DNA of 64,000 bases from the human T2T-CHM13v2.0 reference genome, Homo sapiens: NCBI RefSeq assembly GCF_009914755.1, contig NC_060944.1; one strand, given 5' to 3'. How positions within the stretch are numbered: position 1 is the stretch's first letter; each line of letters starts with the position of its first letter. A program made the translations under genes and the position numbers. The notes under the pieces were generated by a model. It searched no databases. It was not told the origin of the DNA and was given only the letters and a program-made list of their open reading frames with translations. This document shows positions 23,501 through 38,500 of the stretch, one piece after another.

Positions 23501-26500
23501 CTTTGTGATGTTTGCATTCAAGTCACAGAGTTGAACATTCCCTTTCATAGAGCAGGTTTGAAACACTCTTTTTGTAGTATCTGGATGTGGACATTTGGAT
23601 CGCTTTCAGGCCTATGGTGAAAAAGGAAATATCTTCCCATGAAAACTAGACAGAAGCATTCTCAGAAACTTATTTGTGATGTGTGCCCTCAACTGACAGT
23701 GTTGAACCTTTGTTTTGATAGAGCAGTTCTGAAACACACTTTTTGTAAAATCTGCAAGAGGATATTTGGATAGCTTTGAGGATTTCGTTGGAAACGGGAA
23801 TGTCTTCATGTAAACTCTAGACAGAAGCATTCTCAGAAACTGCTTTGGGATGTTTCAATTGAAGTCCCAGTGTTGAACATTCCCTTTCATAGAGCAGGTT
23901 TGAAACACTCTTTTTGTACTATCTGGAAGTGGACATTTGGAGCGCTTTCAGGTCTACGGTGAAAAAGGAGATATCTTCCAATAAAAACTAGATAGAAGCA
24001 ATGTCAGAACTTTTTTCATGATGTATCTACTCAGCAAACAGAGTTGAACCTTTCTTTTGAGAGAGCAGTTTTGAAACACTCTTTTTGTGGAATATGCAAG
24101 TGGGTATTAGGCCAGCTTGTAGGATTTCGTTGGAAACGGGAATACGTATAAAAAGCAGACAGCAGCATTGTCAGAAACTACTTTGTGATGTTTGCATTCA
24201 AGTCACAGAATTGAACACTCCCTTTCACAGAGCAGGTTTGAAACACTCTTTTTGTAGTGTCTGTAAGTGAACATTTGGATTGCTTTCAGGCCTAAGGTGA
24301 AAAAGGAAATATCTTCCCATAAAAACTAGACAGAAGCATTCTCAGAAACTTGTTTGTGATGTGTGCCCTCTACTGACAGAGTTGAAGCTTTCTTTGCAAA
24401 GAGCAGTTTTGAAACACCCTTTTTGTAGAATCTGCAAGAGGATATTTGGATAGCTTTGAGGATTTCTTGGGAAACGGGAATGTCTTCAGATAAACTCTAG
24501 ACAGAAGCATTCTCAGAAACTTCTTTGGGATATTTCAATTGAAGTCACAGTGTTGAACATTCCCTTTCACAGAGCAGGTTTGAAACACTCTTTTTGTAGT
24601 GTCTATAAGTGAACATTTGGCGTGCTTTCAGGCCTAACGTGAAAAAGGAAATATCTTCCCATAAAAACTAGACAGAAGCATTCTCAGAAACTTGTTCTTG
24701 ATGTGTCCCCTCTACTGACAGAGTTGAACCTTTCTTTGCAAAGAGCAGCTTTGAAACACTCTTTTTGTAGAATCTGCAAGAGGATATTTGGATAGCTTGG
24801 AGGATTTCGTTGGAAACGGGTATGTCTTCAGATAAACTCTAGACAGAAGCATTCTCAGAAACTTCTTTGGGATGTTGCATTCAAGTCACAGAGTAGAACA
24901 TTCCCATTCATAGAGCAGATTTGAAACACTCTTTTTGTAGTATCTGGAAGTGGACATTTGGAGTGCTTTCAGGCCTATGTTGAAAAAGGAAATATCTTCC
25001 CATAAAAACTAGACGGAAGCATTCTCAGAAACTTATTTGTGATGTGTTTGCTCAACTAACAGGATTGAACCATCGTTTTGAAGGAGCAGTTTTGAAACAC
25101 TGTTTTCGTGGAATCTGCAAGTGGATATTTGGCTAGCTTTGAGGATTTCGTTGGAAACGGGATTACATATAAAAAGGAGACAGCAGCATTCTCAGAAACT
25201 TCTTTGTGATGTCTGCATTCAATTCACAGAGTTGAGCATTCCCTTTCATAGAGCAGGTTGGAAACACTCTTTTTGTAGTATCTGGATGAGGACATTTGGA
25301 GCGCTTTCAGGCGTATGGTGAAAAAGGAAATATCTTCCCGTAAAAACTAGACAGAAGCATTCTCAGAAGTTTATTTGTGATGTGTGCCCTCAACTAACAG
25401 AGTTGAACCTTTCTTTTGATAGAGCAGTTTTGAAACACTCTTTTTGTAAAATCTGCAAGAGGATATTTGGATAGCTTTGAGGATTTCGTTGCAAACGGGA
25501 ATGGCTTCATATAAACTCTAGACAGAAGCATTCTCAGAAACTTCGTTGGGATGTTTCGATTGAAGTCCCAGTGTTGAACATTCCCTTTTATAGAGCAGGT
25601 TGGAAACACTCTTTCTGCATTCCCTGGAAGTGGACATTTGGAGCGCTTTCAGGACGACGGTGAAAATGGAAATATCTTCCAAGAAAATCTACATAGAAGC
25701 AACGTCAGAAACTTTTATGTGATGGATCTACTCAGCTAACAGAGTTGAACCTTTCTTTTGAGAGAGCAGTTTTGCAACACTCTTTTTGTGGAATATGCAA
25801 GTGGATATTAGGGCAGCTTTGAGGATTTCGTTGGAAACGGGAATACATGTAAAAAGCAGACAGCAGCATTCTCAGAAACTTCTTTGTGATGTTTGCATTG
25901 AAGTCACAGAGTTGAACATTCCCTTTGAGAGAGCAGGTTTGAAACACGCCTTTTGTCATATCTGGAAGTGTCCATTCGGAGCGCATTCAGGCTTGTGTTG
26001 AAAAAGGAAATATCCTCCCATAAAAACTAGACAGAAGCATTCTCAGAAACTTATCTGTGATGTATGTACTCAACTAACAGAACTAAACCATCGTTTTGAA
26101 GGAGCAGTTTTGAAACACTCATTTTGCGGAATCTGCAAGTGGATATTTGGCTAGCTGGGAGGATTTCGTTGGAAACGGGATTACATACAAAAAGCAGAGA
26201 GCAGCATTCTCAGAAACTTCTTTGTGATGTTTGCATTCAAGTCACAGAGTTGAACATTCCCTTTCATAGAGCAGGTTTGAAACACTCTTTTTGTAGTATC
26301 TGGATGTGGACATTTGGATCGCTTTCAGGCCTATGGTGAAAAAGGAAATATCTTCCCATGAAAACTAGACGGAAGCATTCTCAGAAACTTATTTGTGATG
26401 TGTGCCCTCAACTGACAGTGTTGAACCTTTGTTTTGATAGAGCAGTTCTGAAACACACTTTTTGTAAAATCTGCAAGAGGATATTTGGATAGCTTTGAGG

Positions 26501-29500
26501 ATTTCGTTGGAAACGGGAATGTCTTCATGTAAACTCTAGACAGAAGCATTCTCAGAAACTGCTTTGGGATGTTTCAATTGAAGTCCCAGTGTTGAACATT
26601 CCCTTTCATAGAGCAGGTTTGAAACACTCTTTTTGTACTATCTGGAAGTGGACATTTGGAGCGCTTTCAGGTCTACGGTGAAAAAGGAGATATCTTCCAA
26701 TAAAAACTAGATAGAAGCAATGTCAGAACTTTTTTCATGATGTATCTACTCAGCAAACAGAGTTGAACCTTTCTTTTGAGAGAGCAGTTTTGAAACACTC
26801 TTTTTGTGGAATATGCAAGTGGGTATTAGGCCAGCTTGGAGGATTTCGTTGGAAACGGGAATACGTATAAAAAGCAGACAGCAGCATTGTCAGAAACTAC
26901 TTTGTGATGTTTGCATTCAAGTCACAGAATTGAACACTCCCTTTCACAGAGCAGGTTTGAAACACTCTTTTTGTAGTGTCTGTAAGTGAACATTTGGATT
27001 GCTTTCAGGCCTAAGGTGAAAAAGGAAATATCTTCCCATAAAAACTAGACAGAAGCATTCTCAGAAACTTGTTTGTGATGTGTGCCCTCTACTGACAGAG
27101 TTGAAGCTTTCTTTGCAAAGAGCAGTTTTGAAACACTCTTTTTGTAGAATCTGCAAGAGGATATTTGGATAGCTTTGAGGATTTCTTGGGAAACGGGAAT
27201 GTCTTCAGATAAACTCTAGACAGAAGCATTCTCAGAAACTTCTTTGGGATGTTTCAATTGAAGTCACAGTGTTGAACATTCCCTTTCACAGAGCAGGTTT
27301 GAAACACTCTTTTTGTAGTGTCTATAAGTGAACATTTGGCGTGCTTTCAGGCCTAACGTGAAAAAGGAAATATCTTCCCATAAAAACTAGACAGAAGCAT
27401 TCTCAGAAACTTGTTCTTGATGTGTCCCCTCTACTGACAGAGTTGAACCTTTCTTTGCAAAGAGCAGCTTTGAAACACTCTTTTTGTAGAATCTGCAAGA
27501 GGATATTTGGATAGCTTGGAGGATTTCGTTGGAAACGGGTATGTCTTCAGATAAACTCTAGACAGAAGCATTCTCAGAAACTTCTTTGGGATGTTGCATT
27601 CAAGTCACAGAGTAGAACATTCCCATTCATAGAGCAGATTTGAAACACTCTTTTTGTAGTATCTGGAAGTGGACATTTGGAGCGCTTTCAGGCCTATGTT
27701 GAAAAAGGAAATATCTTCCCATAAAAACTAGACGGAAGCATTCTCAGAAACTTATTTGTGATGTGTTTGCTCAACTAACAGGATTGAACCATCGTTTTGA
27801 AGGAGCAGTTTTGAAACACTGTTTTCGTGGAATCTGCAAGTGGATATTTGGCTAGCTTTGAGGATTTCGTTGGAAACGGGATTACATATAAAAAGGAGAC
27901 AGCAGCATTCTCAGAAACTTCTTTGTGATGTCTGCATTCAATTCACAGAGTTGAGCATTCCCTTTCATAGAGCAGGTTGGAAACACTCTTTTTGTAGTAT
28001 CTGGATGAGGACATTTGGAGCGCTTTCAGGCGTATGGTGAAAAAGGAAATATCTTCCCGTAAAAACTAGACAGAAGCATTCTCAGAAGTTTATTTGTGAT
28101 GTGTGCCCTCAACTAACAGAGTTGAACCTTTCTTTTGATAGAGCAGTTTTGAAACACTCTTTTTGTAAAATCTGCAAGAGGATATTTGGATAGCTTTGAG
28201 GATTTCGTTGCAAACGGGAATGGCTTCATATAAACTCTAGACAGAAGCATTCTCAGAAACTTCGTTGGGATGTTTCGATTGAAGTCCCAGTGTTGAACAT
28301 TCCCTTTTATAGAGCAGGTTGGAAACACTCTTTCTGCATTCCCTGGAAGTGGACATTTGGAGCGCTTTCAGGACGACGGTGAAAATGGAAATATCTTCCA
28401 AGAAAATCTAGATAGAAGCAATGTCAGAAACTTTTATGTGATGGATCTACTCAGCTAACAGAGTTGAACCTTTCTTTTGAGAGAGCAGTTTTGCAACACT
28501 CTTTTTGTGGAATATGCAAGTGGATATTAGGGCAGCTTTGAGGATTTCGTTGGAAACGGGAATACATGTAAAAAGCAGACAGCAGCATTCTCAGAAACTT
28601 CTTTGTGATGTTTGCATTGAAGTCACAGAGTTGAACATTCCCTTTGAGAGAGCAGGTTTGAAACACGCCTTTTGTCATATCTGGAAGTGTCCATTCGGAG
28701 CGCATTCAGGCTTGTGTTGAAAAAGGAAATATCCTCCCAGAAAAACTAGACAGAAGCATTCTCAGAAACTTATCTGTGATGTATGTACTCAACTAACAGA
28801 ACTAAACCATCGTTTTGAAGGAGCAGTTTTGAAACACTCTTTTTGCGGAATCTGCAAGTGGATATTTGGCTAGCTGGGAGGATTTCGTTGGAAACGGGAT
28901 TACATACAAAAAGCAGACAGCAGCATTCTCAGAAACTTCTTTGTGATGTTTGCATTCAAGTCACAGAGTTGAACATTCCCTTTCATAGAGCAGGTTTGAA
29001 ACACTCTTTTTGTAGTATCTGGATGTGGACATTTGGATCGCTTTCAGGCCTATGGTGAAAAAGGAAATATCTTCCCATGAAAACTAGACAGAAGCATTCT
29101 CAGAAACTTATTTGTGATGTGTGCCCTCAACTGACAGTGTTGAACCTTTGTTTTGATAGAGCAGTTCTGAAACACACTTTTTGTAAAATCTGCAAGAGGA
29201 TATTTGGATAGCTTTGAGGATTTCGTTGGAAACGGGAATGTCTTCATGTAAACTCTGGACAGAAGCATTCTCAGAAACTGCTTTGGGATGTTTCAATTGA
29301 AGTCCCAGTGTTGAACATTCCCTTTCATAGAGCAGGTTTGAAACACTCTTTTTGTACTATCTGGAAGTGGACATTTGGAGCGCTTTCAGGTCTACGGTGA
29401 AAAAGGAGATATCTTCCAATAAAAACTAGATAGAAGCAATGTCAGAACTTTTTTCATGATGTATCTACTCAGCAAACAGAGTTGAACCTTTCTTTTGAGA

Positions 29501-32500
29501 GAGCAGTTTTGAAACACTCTTTTTGTGGAATATGCAAGTGGGTATTAGGCCAGCTTGGAGGATTTCGTTGGAAACGGGAATACGTATAAAAAGCAGACAG
29601 CAGCATTGTCAGAAACTACTTTGTGATGTTTGCATTCAAGTCACAGAATTGAACACTCCCTTTCGCAGAGCAGGTTTGAAACACTCTTTTTGTAGTGTCT
29701 GTAAGTGAACATTTGGATTGTTTTCAGGCCTAAGGTGAAAAAGGAAATATCTTCCCATAAAAACTAGACAGAAGCATTCTCAGAAACTTGTTTGTGATGT
29801 GTGCCCTCTACTGACAGAGTTGAACCTTTCTTTGCAAAGAGCAGTTTTGAAACACTCTTTTTGTAGAATCTGCAAGAGGATATTTGGATAGCTTTGAGGA
29901 TTTCTTGGGAAACGGGAATGTCTTCAGATAAACTCTAGACAGAAGCATTCTCAGAAACTTCTTTGGGATGTTTCAATTGAAGTCACAGTGTTGAACATTC
30001 CCTTTCACAGAGCAGGTTTGAAACACTCTTTTTGTAGTGTCTATAAGTGAACATTTGGCGTGCTTTCAGGCCTAACGTGAAAAAGGAAATATCTTCCCAT
30101 AAAAACTAGACAGAAGCATTCTCAGAAACTTGTTCGTGATGTGTGCCCTCTACTGACAGAGTTGAACCTTTCTTTGCAAAGAGCAGCTTTGAAACACACT
30201 TTTTGTAGAATCTGCAAGAGGATATTTGGATAGCTTGGAGGATTTCGTTGGAAACGGGTATGTCTTCAGATAAACTCTAGACAGAAGCATTCTCAGAAAC
30301 TTCTTTGGGATGTTGCATTCAAGTCACAGAGTAGAACATTCCCATTCATAGAGCAGATTTGAAACACTCTTTTTGTAGTATCTGGAAGTGGACATTTGGA
30401 GCGCTTTCAGGCCTATGTTGAAAAAGGAAATATCTTCCCATAAAAACTAGACGGAAGCATTCTCAGAAACTTATTTGTGATGTGTTTGCTCAACTAACAG
30501 GATTGAACCATCGTTTTGAAGGAGCAGTTTTGAAACACTGTTTTCGTGGAATCTGCAAGTGGATATTTGGCTAGCTTTGAGGATTTCGTTGGAAACGGGA
30601 TTACATATAAAAAGGAGACAGCAGCATTCTCAGAAACTTCTTTGTGATGTCTGCATTCAATTCACAGAGTTGAGCATTCCCTTTCATAGAGCAGGTTGGA
30701 AACACTCTTTTTGTAGTATCTGGATGAGGACATTTGGAGCGCTTTCAGGCGTATGGTGAAAAAGGAAATATCTTCCCGTAAAAACTAGACAGAAGCATTC
30801 TCAGAAGTTTATTTGTGATGTGTGCCCTCAACTAACAGAGTTGAACCTTTCTTTTGATAGAGCAGTTTTGAAACACTCTTTTTGTAAAATCTGCAAGAGG
30901 ATATTTGGATAGTTTTGAGGATTTCGTTGCAAACGAGAATGGCTTCATATAAACTCTAGACAGAAGCATTCTCAGAAACTTCGTTGGGATGTTTCGATTG
31001 AAGTCCCAGTGTTGAACATTCCCTTTTATAGAGCAGGTTGGAAACACTCTTTCTGCATTCCCTGGAAGTGGACATTTGGAGCGCTTTCAGGACGACGGTG
31101 AAAATGGAAATATCTTCCAAGAAAATCTAGATAGAAGCAATGTCAGAAACTTTTATGTGATGGATCTACTCAGCTAACAGAGTTGAACCTTTCTTTTGAG
31201 AGAGCAGTTTTGCAACACTCTTTTTGTGGAATATGCAAGTGGATATTAGGGCAGCTTTGAGGATTTCGTTGGAAACGGGAATACATGTAAAAAGCAGACA
31301 GCAGCATTCTCAGAAACTTCTTTGTGATGTTTGCATTGAAGTCACAGAGTTGAACATTCCCTTTGAGAGAGCAGGTTTGAAACACGCCTTTTGTCATATC
31401 TGGAAGTGTCCATTCGGAGCGCATTCAGGCTTGTGTTGAAAAAGGAAATATCCTCCCATAAAAACTAGACAGAAGCATTCTCAGAAACTTATCTGTGATG
31501 TATGTACTCAACTAACAGAACTAAACCATCGTTTTGAAGGAGCAGTTTTGAAACACTCTTTTTGCGGAATCTGCAAGTGGATATTTGGCTAGCTGGGAGG
31601 ATTTCGTTGGAAACGGGATTACATACAAAAAGCAGACAGCAGCATTCTCAGAAACTTCTTTGTGATGTTTGCATTCAAGTCACAGAGTTGAACATTCCCT
31701 TTCATAGAGCAGGTTTGAAACACTCTTTTTGTAGTATCTGGATGTGGACATTTGGATCGCTTTCAGGCCTATGGTGAAAAAGGAAATATCTTCCCATGAA
31801 GACTAGACAGAAGCATTCTCAGAAACTTATTTGTGATGTGTGCCCTCAACTGACAGTGTTGAACCTTTGTTTTGATAGAGCAGTTCTGAAACACACTTTT
31901 TGTAAAATCTGCAAGAGGATATTTGGATAGCTTTGAGGATTTCGTTGGAAACGGGAATGTCTTCATGTAAACTCTAGACAGAAGCATTCTCAGAAACTGC
32001 TTTGGGATGTTTCAATTGAAGTCCCAGTGTTGAACATTCCCTTTCATAGAGCAGGTTTGAAACACTCTTTTTGTACTATCTGGAAGTGGACATTTGGAGC
32101 GCTTTCAGGTCTACGGTGAAAAAGGAGATATCTTCCAATAAAAACTAGATAGAAGCAATGTCAGAACTTTTTTCATGATGTATCTACTCAGCAAACAGAG
32201 TTGAAACTTTCTTTTGAGAGAGCAGTTTTGAAACACTCTTTTTGTGGAATATGCAAGTGGGTATTAGGCCAGCTTGGAGGATTTCGTTGGAAACGGGAAT
32301 ACGTATAAAAAGCAGACAGCAGCATTGTCAGAAACTACTTTGTGATGTTTGCATTCAAGTCACAGAATTGAACACTCCCTTTCACAGAGCAGGTTTGAAA
32401 CACTCTTTTTGTAGTGTCTGTAAGTGAACATTTGGATTGCTTTCAGGCCTAAGGTGAAAAAGGAAATATCTTCCCATAAAAACTAGACAGAAGCATTCTC

Positions 32501-33856
32501 AGAAACTTGTTTGTGATGTGTGCCCTCTACTGACAGAGTTGAAGCTTTCTTTGCAAAGAGCAGTTTTGAAACACCCTTTTTGTAGAATCTGCAAGAGGAT
32601 ATTTGGATAGCTTTGAGGATTTCTTGGGAAACGGGAATGTCTTCAGATAAACTCTAGACAGAAGCATTCTCAGAAACTTCTTTGGGATATTTCAATTGAA
32701 GTCACAGTGTTGAACATTCCCTTTCACAGAGCAGGTTTGAAACACTCTTTTTGTAGTGTCTATAAGTGAACATTTGGCGTGCTTTCAGTTGTAACGTGAA
32801 AAAGGAAATATCTTCCCATAAAAACTAGACAGAAGCATTCTCAGAAACTTGTTCTTGATGTGTCCCCTCTACTGACAGAGTTGAACCTTTCTTTGCAAAG
32901 AGCAGCTTTGAAACACTCTTTTTGTAGAATCTGCAAGAGGATATTTGGATAGCTTGGAGGATTTCGTTGGAAACGGGTATGTCTTCAGATAAACTCTAGA
33001 CAGAAGCATTCTCAGAAACTTCTTTGGGATGTTGCATTCAAGTCACAGAGTAGAACATTCCCATTCATAGAGCAGATTTGAAACACTCTTTTTGTAGTAT
33101 CTGGAAGTGGACATTTGGAGCGCTTTCAGGCCTATGTTGAAAAAGGAAATATCTTCCCATAAAAACTAGACGGAAGCATTCTCAGAAACTTATTTGTGAT
33201 GTGTTTGCTCAACTAACAGGATTGAACCATCGTTTTGAAGGAGCAGTTTTGAAACACTGTTTTCGTGGAATCTGCAAGTGGATATTTGGCTAGCTTTGAG
33301 GATTTCGTTGGAAACGGGATTACATATAAAAAGGAGACAGCAGCATTCTCAGAAACTTCTTTGTGATGTCTGCATTCAATTCACAGAGTTGAGCATTCCC
33401 TTTCATAGAGCAGGTTGGAAACACTCTTTTTGTAGTATCTGGATGAGGACATTTGGAGCGCTTTCAGGCGTATGGTGAAAAAGGAAATATCTTCCCGTAA
33501 AAACTAGACAGAAGCATTCTCAGAAGTTTATTTGTGATGTGTGCCCTCAACTAACAGAGTTGAACCTTTCTTTTGATAGAGCAGTTTTGAAACACTCTTT
33601 TTGTAAAATCTGCAAGAGGATATTTGGATAGCTTTGAGGATTTCGTTGCAAACGGGAATGGCTTCATATAAACTCTAGACAGAAGCATTCTCAGAAACTT
33701 CGTTGGGATGTTTCGATTGAAGTCCCAGTGTTGAACATTCCCTTTTATAGAGCAGGTTGGAAACACTCTTTCTGCATTCCCTGGAAGTGGACATTTGGAG
33801 CGCTTTCAGGACGACGGTGAAAATGGAAATATCTTCCAAGAAAATCTAGATAGAAG
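17544..33856 (+). repeat. Six consecutive 16-mer HORs (one, 22982-25699, is 2718 bp)
   Basis: Marker spacings are 2719 except one 2718, caused by T4>T3 at ~22995. Confidence 0.94.
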
Positions 33857-35557
33857 CAACGTCAGAAACTTTTATGTGATGGATCTACTCAGCTAACAGA
33901 GTTGAACCTTTCTTTTGAGAGAGCAGTTTTGCAACACTCTTTTTGTGGAATATGCAAGTGGATATTAGGGCAGCTTTGAGGATTTCGTTGGAAACGGGAA
34001 TACATGTAAAAAGCAGACAGCAGCATTGTCAGAAACTACTTTGTGATGTTTGCATTCAAGTCACAGAATTGAACACTCCCTTTCACAGAGCAGGTTTGAA
34101 ACACTCTTTTTGTAGTGTCTGTAAGTGAACATTTGGATTGCTTTCAGGCCTAAGGTGAAAAAGGAAATATCTTCCCATAAAAACTAGACAGAAGCATTCT
34201 CAGAAACTTGTTTGTGATGTGTGCCCTCTACTGACAGAGTTGAAGCTTTCTTTGCAAAGAGCAGTTTTGAAACACCCTTTTTGTAGAATCTGCAAGAGGA
34301 TATTTGGATAGCTTTGAGGATTTCTTGGGAAACGGGAATGTCTTCAGATAAACTCTAGACAGAAGCATTCTCAGAAACTTCTTTGGGATATTTCAATTGA
34401 AGTCACAGTGTTGAACATTCCCTTTCACAGAGCAGGTTTGAAACACTCTTTTTGTAGTGTCTATAAGTGAACATTTGGCGTGCTTTCAGTTGTAACGTGA
34501 AAAAGGAAATATCTTCCCATAAAAACTAGACAGAAGCATTCTCAGAAACTTGTTCTTGATGTGTCCCCTCTACTGACAGAGTTGAACCTTTCTTTGCAAA
34601 GAGCAGCTTTGAAACACTCTTTTTGTAGAATCTGCAAGAGGATATTTGGATAGCTTGGAGGATTTCGTTGGAAACGGGTATGTCTTCAGATAAACTCTAG
34701 ACAGAAGCATTCTCAGAAACTTCTTTGGGATGTTGCATTCAAGTCACAGAGTAGAACATTCCCATTCATAGAGCAGATTTGAAACACTCTTTTTGTAGTA
34801 TCTGGAAGTGGACATTTGGAGCGCTTTCAGGCCTATGTTGAAAAAGGAAATATCTTCCCATAAAAACTAGACGGAAGCATTCTCAGAAACTTATTTGTGA
34901 TGTGTTTGCTCAACTAACAGGATTGAACCATCGTTTTGAAGGAGCAGTTTTGAAACACTGTTTTCGTGGAATCTGCAAGTGGATATTTGGCTAGCTTTGA
35001 GGATTTCGTTGGAAACGGGATTACATATAAAAAGGAGACAGCAGCATTCTCAGAAACTTCTTTGTGATGTCTGCATTCAATTCACAGAGTTGAGCATTCC
35101 CTTTCATAGAGCAGGTTGGAAACACTCTTTTTGTAGTATCTGGATGAGGACATTTGGAGCGCTTTCAGGCGTATGGTGAAAAAGGAAATATCTTCCCGTA
35201 AAAACTAGACAGAAGCATTCTCAGAAGTTTATTTGTGATGTGTGCCCTCAACTAACAGAGTTGAACCTTTCTTTTGATAGAGCAGTTTTGAAACACTCTT
35301 TTTGTAAAATCTGCAAGAGGATATTTGGATAGCTTTGAGGATTTCGTTGCAAACGGGAATGGCTTCATATAAACTCTAGACAGAAGCATTCTCAGAAACT
35401 TCGTTGGGATGTTTCGATTGAAGTCCCAGTGTTGAACATTCCCTTTTATAGAGCAGGTTGGAAACACTCTTTCTGCATTCCCTGGAAGTGGACATTTGGA
35501 GCGCTTTCAGGACGACGGTGAAAATGGAAATATCTTCCAAGAAAATCTAGATAGAAG
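33857..35557 (+). repeat. 10-mer HOR variant (1701 bp; lacks 1018 bp, M1 joined to M8)
   Basis: Spacing 33943->35644 = 1701. Hybrid ORF at 33943. Switch within 34007-34027. Confidence 0.94.
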
Positions 35558-38500
35558 CAATGTCAGAAACTTTTATGTGATGGATCTACTCAGCTAACAG
35601 AGTTGAACCTTTCTTTTGAGAGAGCAGTTTTGCAACACTCTTTTTGTGGAATATGCAAGTGGATATTAGGGCAGCTTTGAGGATTTCGTTGGAAACGGGA
35701 ATACATGTAAAAAGCAGACAGCAGCATTCTCAGAAACTTCTTTGTGATGTTTGCATTGAAGTCACAGAGTTGAACATTCCCTTTGAGAGAGCAGGTTTGA
35801 AACACGCCTTTTGTCATATCTGGAAGTGTCCATTCGGAGCGCATTCAGGCTTGTGTTGAAAAAGGAAATATCCTCCCATAAAAACTAGACAGAAGCATTC
35901 TCAGAAACTTATCTGTGATGTATGTACTCAACTAACAGAACTAAACCATCGTTTTGAAGGAGCAGTTTTGAAACACTCATTTTGCGGAATCTACAAGTGG
36001 ATATTTGGCTAGCTGGGAGGATTTCGTTGGAAACGGGATTACATACAAAAAGCAGACAGCAGCATTCTCAGAAACTTCTTTGTGATGTTTGCATTCAAGT
36101 CACAGAGTTGAACATTCCCTTTCATAGAGCAGGTTTGAAACACTCTTTTTGTAGTATCTGGATGTGGACATTTGGATCGCTTTCAGGCCTATGGTGAAAA
36201 AGGAAATATCTTCCCATGAAAACTAGACAGAAGCATTCTCAGAAACTTATTTGTGATGTGTGCCCTCAACTGACAGTGTTGAACCTTTGTTTTGATAGAG
36301 CAGTTCTGAAACACACTTTTTGTAAAATCTGCAAGAGGATATTTGGATAGCTTTGAGGATTTCGTTGGAAACGGGAATGTCTTCATGTAAACTCTGGACA
36401 GAAGCATTCTCAGAAACTGCTTTGGGATGTTTCAATTGAAGTCCCAGTGTTGAACATTCCCTTTCATAGAGCAGGTTTGAAACACTCTTTTTGTACTATC
36501 TGGAAGTGGACATTTGGAGCGCTTTCAGGTCTACGGTGAAAAAGGAGATATCTTCCAATAAAAACTAGATAGAAGCAATGTCAGAACTTTTTTCATGATG
36601 TATCTACTCAGCAAACAGAGTTGAACCTTTCTTTTGAGAGAGCAGTTTTGAAACACTCTTTTTGTGGAATATGCAAGTGGGTATTAGGCCAGCTTGGAGG
36701 ATTTCGTTGGAAACGGGAATACGTATAAAAAGCAGACAGCAGCATTGTCAGAAACTACTTTGTGATGTTTGCATTCAAGTCACAGAATTGAACACTCCCT
36801 TTCACAGAGCAGGTTTGAAACACTCTTTTCGTAGTGTCTGTAAGTGAACATTTGGATTGCTTTCAGGCCTAAGGTGAAAAAGGAAATATCTTCCCATAAA
36901 AACTAGACAGAAGCATTCTCAGAAACTTGTTTGTGATGTGTGCCCTCTACTGACAGAGTTGAAGCTTTCTTTGCAAAGAGCAGTTTTGAAACACTCTTTT
37001 TGTAGAATCTGCAAGAGGATATTTGGATAGCTTTGAGGATTTCTTGGGAAACGGGAATGTCTTCAGATAAACTCTAGACAGAAGCATTCTCAGAAACTTC
37101 TTTGGGATGTTTCAATTGAAGTCACAGTGTTGAACATTCCCTTTCACAGAGCAGGTTTGAAACACTCTTTTTGTAGTGTCTATAAGTGAACATTTGGCGT
37201 GCTTTCAGGCCTAACGTGAAAAAGGAAATATCTTCCCATAAAAACTAGACAGAAGCATTCTCAGAAACTTGTTCTTGATGTGTCCCCTCTACTGACAGAG
37301 TTGAACCTTTCTTTGCAAAGAGCAGCTTTGAAACACTCTTTTTGTAGAATCTGCAAGAGGATATTTGGATAGCTTGGAGGATTTCGTTGGAAACGGGTAT
37401 GTCTTCAGATAAACTCTAGACAGAAGCATTCTCAGAAACTTCTTTGGGATGTTGCATTCAAGTCACAGAGTAGAACATTCCCATTCATAGAGCAGATTTG
37501 AAACACTCTTTTTGTAGTATCTGGAAGTGGACATTTGGAGCGCTTTCAGGCCTATGTTGAAAAAGGAAATATCTTCCCATAAAAACTAGACGGAAGCATT
37601 CTCAGAAACTTATTTGTGATGTGTTTGCTCAACTAACAGGATTGAACCATCGTTTTGAAGGAGCAGTTTTGAAACACTGTTTTCGTGGAATCTGCAAGTG
37701 GATATTTGGCTAGCTTTGAGGATTTCGTTGGAAACGGGATTACATATAAAAAGGAGACAGCAGCATTCTCAGAAACTTCTTTGTGATGTCTGCATTCAAT
37801 TCACAGAGTTGAGCATTCCCTTTCATAGAGCAGGTTGGAAACACTCTTTTTGTAGTATCTGGATGAGGACATTTGGAGCGCTTTCAGGCGTATGGTGAAA
37901 AAGGAAATATCTTCCCGTAAAAACTAGACAGAAGCATTCTCAGAAGTTTATTTGTGATGTGTGCCCTCAACTAACAGAGTTGAACCTTTCTTTTGATAGA
38001 GCAGTTTTGAAACACTCTTTTTGTAAAATCTGCAAGAGGATATTTGGATAGCTTTGAGGATTTCGTTGCAAACGGGAATGGCTTCATATAAACTCTAGAC
38101 AGAAGCATTCTCAGAAACTTCGTTGGGATGTTTCGATTGAAGTCCCAGTGTTGAACATTCCCTTTTATAGAGCAGGTTGGAAACACTCTTTCTGCATTCC
38201 CTGGAAGTGGACATTTGGAGCGCTTTCAGGACGACGGTGAAAATGGAAATATCTTCCAAGAAAATCTAGATAGAAGCAATGTCAGAAACTTTTATGTGAT
38301 GGATCTACTCAGCTAACAGAGTTGAACCTTTCTTTTGAGAGAGCAGTTTTGCAACACTCTTTTTGTGGAATATGCAAGTGGATATTAGGGCAGCTTTGAG
38401 GATTTCGTTGGAAACGGGAATACATGTAAAAAGCAGACAGCAGCATTCTCAGAAACTTCTTTGTGATGTTTGCATTGAAGTCACAGAGTTGAACATTCCC

